NCBI GenBank assembly: GCA_026991575.1
Contig: JALXBF010000190.1
Span: 1 to 32,557 of the forward strand
Direction of reading: 5' to 3'
Length of the DNA: 32,557 bases
DNA from: Planctomycetota bacterium
GTDB lineage: Bacteria; Planctomycetota; Planctomycetia; JALXBF01
Positions within the stretch are counted from its first letter, which is position 1. Each line of letters starts with the position of its first letter. Below, in pieces: positions 25,086 to 32,557 of this stretch. Position numbers and translations under genes: made by a program. The notes below the pieces were generated by a model. The model was not told where the DNA came from. It was given only the letters and a program-made list of their open reading frames with translations, and made no database searches.

Positions 25086-26984
25086 ATGCCTTTGACGACG
25101 CTGCCTGTCACGAAGGAATTCCTTGACATGCGTTTGACTAAGGTGCCGACGCGGGTCTTCCGCGCCAGCACCGCAGCCAGCCGCTACGTTGCCCGGCTCA
25201 TTGCCGACTTGATCCGAGAGCGGCAGGCTGAGGGACGGCCCTGTGTGCTGGGCCTCGCCACCGGCTCCACCCCCGTGGGCGTCTACCGCGAACTGATTCG
25301 GATGCACCGCGAGGAGGGTTTAGACTTCTCCAACGTGATCACCTTCAACCTGGACGAGTACTATCCGATGGATCCGTCGCGGTTGCAGAGCTATCGCAAC
25401 TGGATGGATCGCGTTTTCTTCAACCACGTGAACATTCGCCCCGAGAACACGCACGTGCCCGATGGTTCGATCCCGCCGGACCAGGTCGAGGAGTACTGCG
25501 AGCGGTACGAGCAGATGATCCAGGAGGCCGGCGGGCTTGATCTTCAGCTGCTGGGCATTGGCCGCACCGGGCACATCGGCTTTAACGAACCAGGTTCCAC
25601 CGTCGACAGCCGGACCAGGCTGGTTACGCTCGATCCGGTAACTCGCAAGGATGCCGCCAGCGACTTCTTTGGTGAAGACAACGTGCCGTTGCAAGGAATC
25701 ACGATGGGCGTGGGCACGATCCTGTCGGCCGGCAAGATCGTGCTGATGGCTTTTGGCGAGCACAAGGCCGCGATCGTCCAGCAAGCGGTGGAGGGGCCAG
25801 TGACCGAGAGTGTGCCGGCCAGCTTCCTGCAGACGCACCCTGACGCTCAGTTCGTGTTGGATGAAGCGGCTGCCGCAAAGCTGACCGAGATCGATACCCC
25901 GTGGCTGGTGGGCTCTGTGGAATGGACTCCGACGCTGGTCAAGAAGGCGATGATCTGGTTGTGTATGCGGGTGAACAAAGCGCTGTTGAAACTGGAGGAT
26001 GACGACCTCCGTAATCACGGCCTTCATGAACTGCTCCGCGAATACGGCCCGGCTCAGCGAATCGCCCAGGACGTGTTCCAGCAGATGATGGCTACGGTCT
26101 GTTTCACGCCGTCCGGTTCGGACCGGCGGCGCATCGTGGTGTTCAGCCCGCACCCGGACGACGACGTCATTAGCATGGGCGGCACGCTGTTGCACCTGAC
26201 GCGGGTCGGGCATGACGTGCACGTTGCGTACATGACCAGCGGGAACATTGCGGTTTTCGACCACGATGTCGAGCGGTACGTGGACTTCGTGCTTCGTTTT
26301 CTCCGTGTCTTTGAGATCCCGGACAAGCGAGCCGCGGAGTTAGCCCGTGACGTGCGTCGGTTCATCGCCCGCAAGAAGCCGGGCGACGTGGACAGCTACG
26401 AGGTCCGGGAGATCAAGACCCTGATCCGGGAGATCGAAGCACGTGCGGCTGCCATGCATCTGGGCGTGCCCGATGAGAACCTGCATTTCCTCCGGCTGCC
26501 GTTCTACGAGACCGGAGCGATTGAGAAGAACCCGGTCACGGAAGCGGACATCGAGATCATCGAGCGGCTGCTTTCCGAGGTGCAGCCCCATGACATCTAC
26601 CTCGCCGGTGACCTTTCCGACCCGCACGGCACGCACCGAGTCTGTGCCGACGCAATCCTGACCGCAGTACGCCGCGGCCGCTACGGGCCTCAGCCACTGA
26701 ACGTCTGGCTCTACCGTGGTGCCTGGCAGGAGTGGGCACCGCACGAGATCGACAAGGCAGTGCCGTTGACGCCCGAGGACCTGCGTCAAAAGCGCAAGGC
26801 TATCTTCATGCACGAAAGCCAGAAGGATGAGGCGATGTTCCCGGGCCCGTATGACGAGCGGGAGTTCTGGGAGCGAGCCGAGGACCGCAATCGGCACACG
26901 GCCGACCTGTACAACCGGCTCGGCTTGCCCGAGTATTACGCCATGGAAGGGTTCGTCCGCTGGACGCCGGACGACGTCCTCTGA
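25086..26984 (+). CDS. nagB: Glucosamine-6-phosphate deaminase fused to a C-terminal PIG-L/LmbE-like domain (long NagB)
   Basis: LGLATGSTP, FNLDEYYP, LLGIGRTGHIGFNEPGS, TMGVGTI; C-terminal FSPHPDDDVISMGG, DPHGTH, YRGAWQEW, HESQKD. Confidence 0.93.
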   Translation: MPLTTLPVTKEFLDMRLTKVPTRVFRASTAASRYVARLIADLIRERQAEGRPCVLGLATGSTPVGVYRELIRMHREEGLDFSNVITFNLDEYYPMDPSRLQSYRNWMDRVFFNHVNIRPENTHVPDGSIPPDQVEEYCERYEQMIQEAGGLDLQLLGIGRTGHIGFNEPGSTVDSRTRLVTLDPVTRKDAASDFFGEDNVPLQGITMGVGTILSAGKIVLMAFGEHKAAIVQQAVEGPVTESVPASFLQTHPDAQFVLDEAAAAKLTEIDTPWLVGSVEWTPTLVKKAMIWLCMRVNKALLKLEDDDLRNHGLHELLREYGPAQRIAQDVFQQMMATVCFTPSGSDRRRIVVFSPHPDDDVISMGGTLLHLTRVGHDVHVAYMTSGNIAVFDHDVERYVDFVLRFLRVFEIPDKRAAELARDVRRFIARKKPGDVDSYEVREIKTLIREIEARAAAMHLGVPDENLHFLRLPFYETGAIEKNPVTEADIEIIERLLSEVQPHDIYLAGDLSDPHGTHRVCADAILTAVRRGRYGPQPLNVWLYRGAWQEWAPHEIDKAVPLTPEDLRQKRKAIFMHESQKDEAMFPGPYDEREFWERAEDRNRHTADLYNRLGLPEYYAMEGFVRWTPDDVL

Positions 26985-27098
26985 GGCGCAGCGACCACCG
27001 GCATAGGATCGGGCATCGACCCGAGTAAGCCACCGATAGCTCGCAGCCCGAGCAGCGCCGGTGGTATGGATTGCTGGCCTCGGCGGCGACCGCACCAG

Positions 27099-27944
27099 CT
27101 AGCTGGATCGCCCGGCGAACGGTACGACGTTGACCGATTGTCCCGCACCATGGCTGCGTGCGTGGCGCTGCTGTAGCTCTCTGGTCAACTGCTCGACGTG
27201 GCGGTAGTAGTCGGCTTGTTGCAACTCGGCAGCCGCCGCAGCATCCAGGAGAAAGATCACATCCGGGTGAAGCTGAAGCGCGGACGCAGGGCAAGCGGCC
27301 GTGACCGGTCCTTCGATGGCACGGGCCACGGCTTCGGCTTTGTTCGGGCCGCTTGCCAGCAGCAGGATCCGTCGTGCTTCCAGGATGGTACCGATGCCCA
27401 TCGTTAGTGCGTACCGCGGCACGTCTGCAGGTGAATCGAAAAAGCGTGCGTTGTCGCGGATTGTCTCGGCTCGGAGCACCACCGGACGGGTGCGACTGGC
27501 CAGCGACGACCCCGGCTCGTTGAATCCGATGTGGCCGTTGCGGCCGATACCGAGTACTTGTAGGTCGATACCCCCGGCGGCACGGATCTGCTGCTCGTAC
27601 GCTTCGGCTGCCGCCAGCGGGTCGTCGGGCTGAGCCGGTGGAATGTGTGTGGCCCGCGGTCGCTCGCGCAAGCGGCCGAAGAGATGCTCCTCCATGAAGT
27701 GGTGGTAGCTCTGCGGGTGATCCTCCGGAATGCCCAAATACTCATCCAGATTGAACGTGACCACCTGCGAGAAGTCTAACTCCCCGTCGTTCTCCAGCCG
27801 CACCAGCTCATCATAAAGCCCGACGGGCGTGCTACCGGTAGCCAATCCGAGCACGAGGTTGGGCTTCGCGCACAAGGCCTGCGCCACGAACTCGGCAGCC
27901 CGCTGGCTCAGCTCCGCGTAGTCGTCGGTGATGATGATTCGCAT
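27099..27944 (-). CDS. nagB: Glucosamine-6-phosphate deaminase (short form)
   Basis: MRIIITDDY, LGLATGSTP, FNLDEYLG, LGIGRNGHIGFNEPGSS, TMGIGTILEA, PASALQLHP; start at 27944. Confidence 0.93.
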   Translation of the reverse strand: MRIIITDDYAELSQRAAEFVAQALCAKPNLVLGLATGSTPVGLYDELVRLENDGELDFSQVVTFNLDEYLGIPEDHPQSYHHFMEEHLFGRLRERPRATHIPPAQPDDPLAAAEAYEQQIRAAGGIDLQVLGIGRNGHIGFNEPGSSLASRTRPVVLRAETIRDNARFFDSPADVPRYALTMGIGTILEARRILLLASGPNKAEAVARAIEGPVTAACPASALQLHPDVIFLLDAAAAAELQQADYYRHVEQLTRELQQRHARSHGAGQSVNVVPFAGRSS

Positions 27945-28134
27945 TGGTAGCCCTCGCGTCGCTGCAACGCCATTGCCCCCGCGGGGGCATGTGCGGACCG
28001 TGTGTGGGCCGATCGGTTCAGTACTGTTGCAACCGCCGTCCACCCCTCGGTCTGTTCTATTATTGGTGCCGGAACCGGCCCCAGCAGCGCGTGTGTCTGG
28101 AGGGGAGGTCCGCCGGTGCGTGGAGGTAAGACCG

Positions 28135-28935
28135 ATGCCTAAGGAATCCGCGAGCAAGTCACCCAGCGAGTTGCGTGTCTTGGCCATCCATGCTCATCCG
28201 GATGACGTGGAGTTTCAATGCGCCGGTACGCTGGCGCTGTTAAAGCAACTCGGCTGCCAGATCACGATTGCGACCATGACGCCGGGTGATTGCGGCTCGG
28301 ACGAACTTGGTCCGGATGAGATTGCCGCGGTGCGCCGCGCGGAAGCGCGGCGGTCCGCCCAGTTGCTGGGAGCTGCGTACGTGTGCCTTGAATTCCGCGA
28401 CCTTCAGATCGACATCAACACTGACGCGCGCCGCCGTGTGGTCGAGGCGCTGCGCCGCACCCGCCCCGACATCATCTTCACGGCCCCTCCCGTTGACTAC
28501 ATGACCGACCACGAACACACGAGCCGCCTGGTGCGCGACGCAGCTTTCATCGCATCTATCCGCAACTACGCCACGCATGAGTGGGATCCGGCCCCCCCGC
28601 TGGACCACATTCCGTACCTGTACTACGTCGACCCCGTCGAGGGTGTGGATTGGTTCGGGCAGCGTATCGAGCCGCACTTCTACGTCGATATCACGGACAT
28701 GTTCGAGCTGAAACGCCAGATGCTCGCCTGCCACGAGAGCCAGCGGGCCTGGCTGCTGAAGCAGCATGGTATTGACGAGTACCTGAACGCTCAGGAGCAG
28801 TGGTCGGCGCAGCGGGGCTCGGAGGTGGGCGTCAAGTACGCCGAGGCGTTCCGTCAGCATGTGGGCCACCCGTACCCGAAGGACAATATTCTAAGCCGGC
28901 TGCTGGGCAGCCGTGTCCGTGTGCGCACACAATAG
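28135..28935 (+). CDS. PIG-L/LmbE-family zinc-dependent deacetylase
   Basis: VLAIHAHPDDVE..CAGTL, RRAEAR.SA, DYMTDHEHT, YVDITD..ELK..ML.CHESQ, YAEAF; GGAGG RBS before ATG 28135. Confidence 0.92.
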   Translation: MPKESASKSPSELRVLAIHAHPDDVEFQCAGTLALLKQLGCQITIATMTPGDCGSDELGPDEIAAVRRAEARRSAQLLGAAYVCLEFRDLQIDINTDARRRVVEALRRTRPDIIFTAPPVDYMTDHEHTSRLVRDAAFIASIRNYATHEWDPAPPLDHIPYLYYVDPVEGVDWFGQRIEPHFYVDITDMFELKRQMLACHESQRAWLLKQHGIDEYLNAQEQWSAQRGSEVGVKYAEAFRQHVGHPYPKDNILSRLLGSRVRVRTQ

Positions 28936-29066
28936 CCGCGTCAGCCGGCCGGCACCCCAGGGTTCCTGGAGCACGCTGCGTCGGTCGATTCGCCAGACGG
29001 CGGCAGGATCGGTCGCTGTCGAGATGATCACCTGACCGGCTGCCTGGCGTGCAGCTGGCGTTGGAT

Positions 29067-29096
29067 TTGACCTGAGCCGCTGTACGTTTGTACACT
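29067..29096 (+). promoter_or_regulatory. lexA sigma-70 promoter with overlapping palindromic candidate SOS box TGTAC-N4-GTACA (29081-29094)
   Basis: TTGACC(29067-72)-18 nt-TACACT(29091-96); the palindrome TGTACgtttGTACA covers the spacer and the -10 element. Confidence 0.65.
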
Positions 29097-29152
29097 ACAG
29101 TGCGCAGCGTACCGAGGCCTTAGCGGACCGCGTGTTCAGTGGAGCTCGTGGC

Positions 29153-29767
29153 ATGATGCCAGCAGACCCCGATGCTCTGACCCCGCGTCAGCGTGAGATC
29201 TACGAGTTCATCCGCTCCTATGTGGCCGCAACCGGCTACGCCCCGTCGGTGCGCGAGATTTGTGAGGCCGTCAAGATCCGCTCGCCAAACGGGGTCCTCG
29301 GCCACTTGCGCGTCCTGGAACGCAAGCGGCTCATTGAACGGGAGCCACGCAAGTCCCGCAGCATTCGCCTGAAGCAAGACCCGCCGCTGACGCCTCGGCT
29401 GCCGATCGCTGGCGTGATCGCTGCGGGTCTGCCCGTGGAGGCGGTCGAGGACCTGGAGATGATCGACTTCAGTGATCTGTTTAACCAGCCGAACCTCTTT
29501 GTGCTTCGGGTGCGGGGCGACTCGATGATCGAGGACCAGATCGCGGACGGAGACTACGTTATCGTGCGCCGCCAGCCGATGGCGCGCAACGGGCAGGTGG
29601 TCGTGGCTTTGGTAGACAACCAGGATGCCACCCTGAAGCGCTTCTATCGCGAGCGGAACACGGTACGACTGGAACCGGCCAACAGTCAGATGGAACCGAT
29701 TGTTCGCCACGCCCGGGACGTGGAGATCATCGGTGTGGTCATCGGTGTGATTCGCCGCTATGAGTAG
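29153..29767 (+). CDS. lexA: SOS repressor LexA
   Basis: LTPRQREIYEFI...GYAPSVREI...SPNGV..HL..LERK; Ala-Gly cleavage site IAAGLP; catalytic Ser (GDSM) and Lys (ATLKRF). Confidence 0.96.
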   Translation: MMPADPDALTPRQREIYEFIRSYVAATGYAPSVREICEAVKIRSPNGVLGHLRVLERKRLIEREPRKSRSIRLKQDPPLTPRLPIAGVIAAGLPVEAVEDLEMIDFSDLFNQPNLFVLRVRGDSMIEDQIADGDYVIVRRQPMARNGQVVVALVDNQDATLKRFYRERNTVRLEPANSQMEPIVRHARDVEIIGVVIGVIRRYE

Positions 29768-29773
29768 GCACCT

Positions 29774-30745
29774 ATGGCAGGACGCGCTCGGATCCTGGTT
29801 TACGGCGCCGGAGCAGTGGGCAGTCTGCTGGGCGGCTTTCTGGCCAAAGCCGGGCATGCCGTCACGCTGCTGGGCCGCCCCCAGCGGATGCAGGCGGTCC
29901 GTGAGTACGGCCTCAAGATCGACGGCATCTGGGGTACTCATCACGTCTCCGAAGGGCTCGATCCGGTCGCCTCGCCCGAAGCGCTGAGGGGGCGGTGCTT
30001 CGACTTCGTGCTCGTGACGGTCAAAGCGTACGACACGGCCGAAGTGGCCGACGTACTGGCCCGGGCGCCTTTCGAGTATCGGATCGCGGTCAGTGTTCAG
30101 AACGGGTACGGCAACGTAGAGACGCTGGCCGACCGGATCGGCAGGGCGAGAGTGTTGGGCGGTCGGATCATCACGGGTGTGGCGACAATCTCAGCAACGC
30201 ACGTGCGTGTGACGGTCAGTGCCGATGCTCTGCGTATCGGGCCTGCGTTCGACGATGACCAGTCGACATGGCCGGCCGCCGTGGAGATCGCCGGCACGCT
30301 TGCTGCCGCGGGCATCCCTGCCGAGCCGACGCGCAGCTACCGTCAATACCTCTGGGACAAGATCCTCTACAACGCTGCGCTGAATCCACTCGGTGCGCTG
30401 CTGCACGCGACCTATGGGCAGCTGGCCGAGCATCCCGGTGTCCGGGCCATCATGGATTGCATCATCCGAGAGGCGTACGCGGTGATGGACGCGCTGGACA
30501 TACCACGGTTCCTTGCTACGGCCGACGAGTATCTGGCGCAGTTCTACGGCAGGCTGGTCCCGGCCACCGCAGACCATTACCCCTCGATGCTGCAGGATCT
30601 TCGCCAGCGGGCTCGTACGGAGATCGACGCCCTTAACGGCGCAATCGCGCAACTGGCAGCCCAGGCAAACGTGCCGGCCCCGGTCAACGAAATGCTCACC
30701 GCCATGATCCACGTGCGGGAGCGCACGCGGCGAAGCGAGCTGTAG
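29774..30745 (+). CDS. panE: 2-dehydropantoate 2-reductase (ketopantoate reductase family)
   Basis: ILVYGAGAVG, VTVKAYD, SVQNG, WDKILYNAALNPL, PSMLQDL, TEIDALNG. Confidence 0.9.
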   Translation: MAGRARILVYGAGAVGSLLGGFLAKAGHAVTLLGRPQRMQAVREYGLKIDGIWGTHHVSEGLDPVASPEALRGRCFDFVLVTVKAYDTAEVADVLARAPFEYRIAVSVQNGYGNVETLADRIGRARVLGGRIITGVATISATHVRVTVSADALRIGPAFDDDQSTWPAAVEIAGTLAAAGIPAEPTRSYRQYLWDKILYNAALNPLGALLHATYGQLAEHPGVRAIMDCIIREAYAVMDALDIPRFLATADEYLAQFYGRLVPATADHYPSMLQDLRQRARTEIDALNGAIAQLAAQANVPAPVNEMLTAMIHVRERTRRSEL

Positions 30746-30804
30746 CGGTGCGAGCCTCTCAGCGGCCGGCGCCATATGTCCTGGTCACGTCACGGCCCAG
30801 GTCA

Positions 30805-31356
30805 TCACCTGGCAGGTCCCGACGGTCCGGCCTGGCTGCGGTCGGGTTCGTCGTCCGGCGACAGGAACGCGTGCGCGGCCAGCAACAGGGCACCGACGAC
30901 CAGCGCGCTGTCGGCCAGATTGAAGATTGGCCAGTCGTAGACCACGAGCCGCACGTCCAGGAAGTCGCGCACGTGTCCGTGCACAACCCGGTCAAAGCCG
31001 TTGCCCAGGCTACCTCCCAACACCAGGCCCAGGGCCAGCGCTGGCCAGGCCCCCAGCGCGCTGCCCCGGCAAAACACCCAGTAGCTGATGGCCAGCGCCG
31101 CCACCACGCTGAAGGCACCAAACATGTAGGGGGCGTACGGCCACGCTCGGCCCAGGCCCCAGAGCGCCCCTGTGTTGTAGCTGGTCGTCAGGTAAAAGAA
31201 GCCCTCGATTACCGCCACCGACGACCGCCGTCCGTACGGGTCTGGTTCACCGAGCAGGTAGAACACCAGCTCCTTCGTGGCCAGGTCCAACACCACGACC
31301 AGAAAGGCGACCGCAAGGAACAACCGCCAATGAGGTGACGGGTTGCAACGTGCCAT
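30805..31356 (-). CDS. lspA: Lipoprotein signal peptidase II
   Basis: LDLATK, NTGALWG, GGSLGNGFDR, VRDFL, WPIFNLAD. Confidence 0.95.
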   Translation of the reverse strand: MARCNPSPHWRLFLAVAFLVVVLDLATKELVFYLLGEPDPYGRRSSVAVIEGFFYLTTSYNTGALWGLGRAWPYAPYMFGAFSVVAALAISYWVFCRGSALGAWPALALGLVLGGSLGNGFDRVVHGHVRDFLDVRLVVYDWPIFNLADSALVVGALLLAAHAFLSPDDEPDRSQAGPSGPAR

Positions 31357-31427
31357 CGATCAACACCGCTCCACAACTTCCTCACGTAGGCCGGCTCCAG
31401 CCACCATGCTCATTTTCCCGTCAATTG

Positions 31428-32555
31428 CTACGGACGGCCCTTATCACCGTGACCGCCACAACGCTCCGCTGCGGCACCGGCGCCTGCTGCCGTATCCGGG
31501 CCGTCGGGCTGTGAGCCAGGGCGGGCCCCACCCCCTCCTTGCGCATCGCCGGCACCAAGCATGATGCCAGCCAAGTAGCCGACCACGTCCCCGTCCTCGC
31601 GTGCGATCGAACACAGTAGCTTCGGGTCTCCTGCCAGGGCACACAGCTGCTGGACCGTCGGGCAGTACAACCGGTTCAGCGGCACAGCGGACAAGTATCG
31701 CCGAAACGTCTGAACTGCTTCCTGATACCGTCCCAGCCGGCACAGCAAGTTCACCTTGACCTGGGCGGCGATGTGGTCGGTCAACTCGGCGTTCTCATGC
31801 TGCGCTTTCTGCTCCAGCAATGCCAGCGCCGGTTCCGGATCCTCACCGGCCAGTGCCTTCAGGTAGGCCAGGCAGTCGTTGTACACGTCTTCAAACGGGA
31901 CGAAGCCACGGTATTGCAGCATCGGTGACAGGCGTCGGCCGTACTCGCACAGTTCGATCGCCCGGCGGATCGTGTCTGGATCGTCCGACTCGGTGGCGAA
32001 CCGGACGGTGGCCGAGAGGTGGGAGGTATCCACGAAGTAGGTGTTGTCTGCGAACAGCCAGTCCCGGCCTTCGATCAGCTCCATGAGCCCGTCCTGGGAG
32101 CAGTCGCGACCTTCTCGTTGGGCGACGGCATATCGGAGCGCCTCGAGGAGCTCGCCGTGGAGATGGGCCACCAACATGGCGATGCATTCGCGGCGGCCCT
32201 TGCTACCGGCGTACTGTTCCAGAGCGGTCACTGCCGCGCAGGTACCCAGCGTGTCCAGGATCATGCGGAAGCCCTTTGTCGGGTTCACCTGCTCGTGAAA
32301 GGCGATCTGGATGATCTCCTCCGGGGCCCCGTCGGTGGGCAAGGCCTCGATAGCCTGAGCCACCGGCTCGGGTTCATCGATGGCACGGAAGTATGGCCAG
32401 GCGGACGGGATGTCACCGGCATCCAGATAAAGCCGGCCGACTTCGCGGCATGCTGCGACGTACGCGTCTTCGTAGGCCTGCCGGACGTGATCGGGGAGGT
32501 TCTCCAAGGCGTCGCTGTGGATGAGCGGTAGGCCGAGGCGATGGCGTGCGGCTAG
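31428..32555 (-). CDS. Conserved hypothetical helical/TPR-like protein, 5' end outside the window
   Basis: The frame stays open to the right edge (LAARHRLGLPLIHSDALENLP...); protein-like content such as AWPYFRAI, YFVDTSHL, ELCEYGRRLSP. Confidence 0.75.
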   Translation of the reverse strand, partial: LAARHRLGLPLIHSDALENLPDHVRQAYEDAYVAACREVGRLYLDAGDIPSAWPYFRAIDEPEPVAQAIEALPTDGAPEEIIQIAFHEQVNPTKGFRMILDTLGTCAAVTALEQYAGSKGRRECIAMLVAHLHGELLEALRYAVAQREGRDCSQDGLMELIEGRDWLFADNTYFVDTSHLSATVRFATESDDPDTIRRAIELCEYGRRLSPMLQYRGFVPFEDVYNDCLAYLKALAGEDPEPALALLEQKAQHENAELTDHIAAQVKVNLLCRLGRYQEAVQTFRRYLSAVPLNRLYCPTVQQLCALAGDPKLLCSIAREDGDVVGYLAGIMLGAGDAQGGGGARPGSQPDGPDTAAGAGAAAERCGGHGDKGRP

Positions 32556-32557
32556 AA

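Noticed and set aside
27945..28187. Long N-terminal extensions of the short nagB and the PIG-L ORFs that overlap each other
   Set aside because: Homology-like sequence begins at ATG 27944 and ATG 28135 (GGAGG RBS); the extensions are artefacts of longest-ORF calling.
29080..29100. CTGT...ACAG as an E. coli-type SOS box
   Set aside because: Spacer is 13 nt rather than 8; the inner TGTAC-N4-GTACA palindrome is the better candidate.
1..32557. CRISPR arrays, IS/transposases, integrases, prophage genes, rRNA or tRNA
   Set aside because: No regularly spaced repeats, recombinase or transposase motifs, or RNA-gene signatures were seen by eye.

Overview
GC-rich bacterial chromosome window; the gene content (PEP-CTERM protein, LexA type, conserved hypotheticals) suggests Planctomycetota, which is an inference. 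In order it holds: (1) a minus-strand flagellar basal-body/hook cluster flgF-G-A-H-I-J(rod-binding only)-N-K-L, with flgL running off the left edge and missing from the ORF track; (2) a PEP-CTERM L-type lectin and a deoxyhypusine-synthase-like protein; (3) an LPS block (lpxK divergent from hldE-waaF-two WaaP/InaA-like kinases-GT4) and plsY; (4) a secreted gamma-glutamyltransferase, a split thioredoxin-fold gene, a TIGR02452-type PARG macrodomain gene and about 1.36 kb with no credible ORF; (5) an amino-sugar cluster (DUF4954-like, NagB::PIG-L fusion, second NagB, stand-alone PIG-L deacetylase); (6) lexA-panE, lspA and a truncated hypothetical gene. The top finding is that ORFs 19808-20215 and 20228-20533 read as one gene (19994-20533). 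Its in-frame TGA sits at the first position of the redox motif (U-G-G-C), SECIS-like hairpins follow it, and the N-terminus has a twin-arginine motif plus lipobox, making it a probable Tat-exported TlpA-like selenolipoprotein. Other highlights are a candidate LexA operator TGTAC-N4-GTACA overlapping the lexA promoter and an H-type pseudoknot in the unexplained intergenic region.
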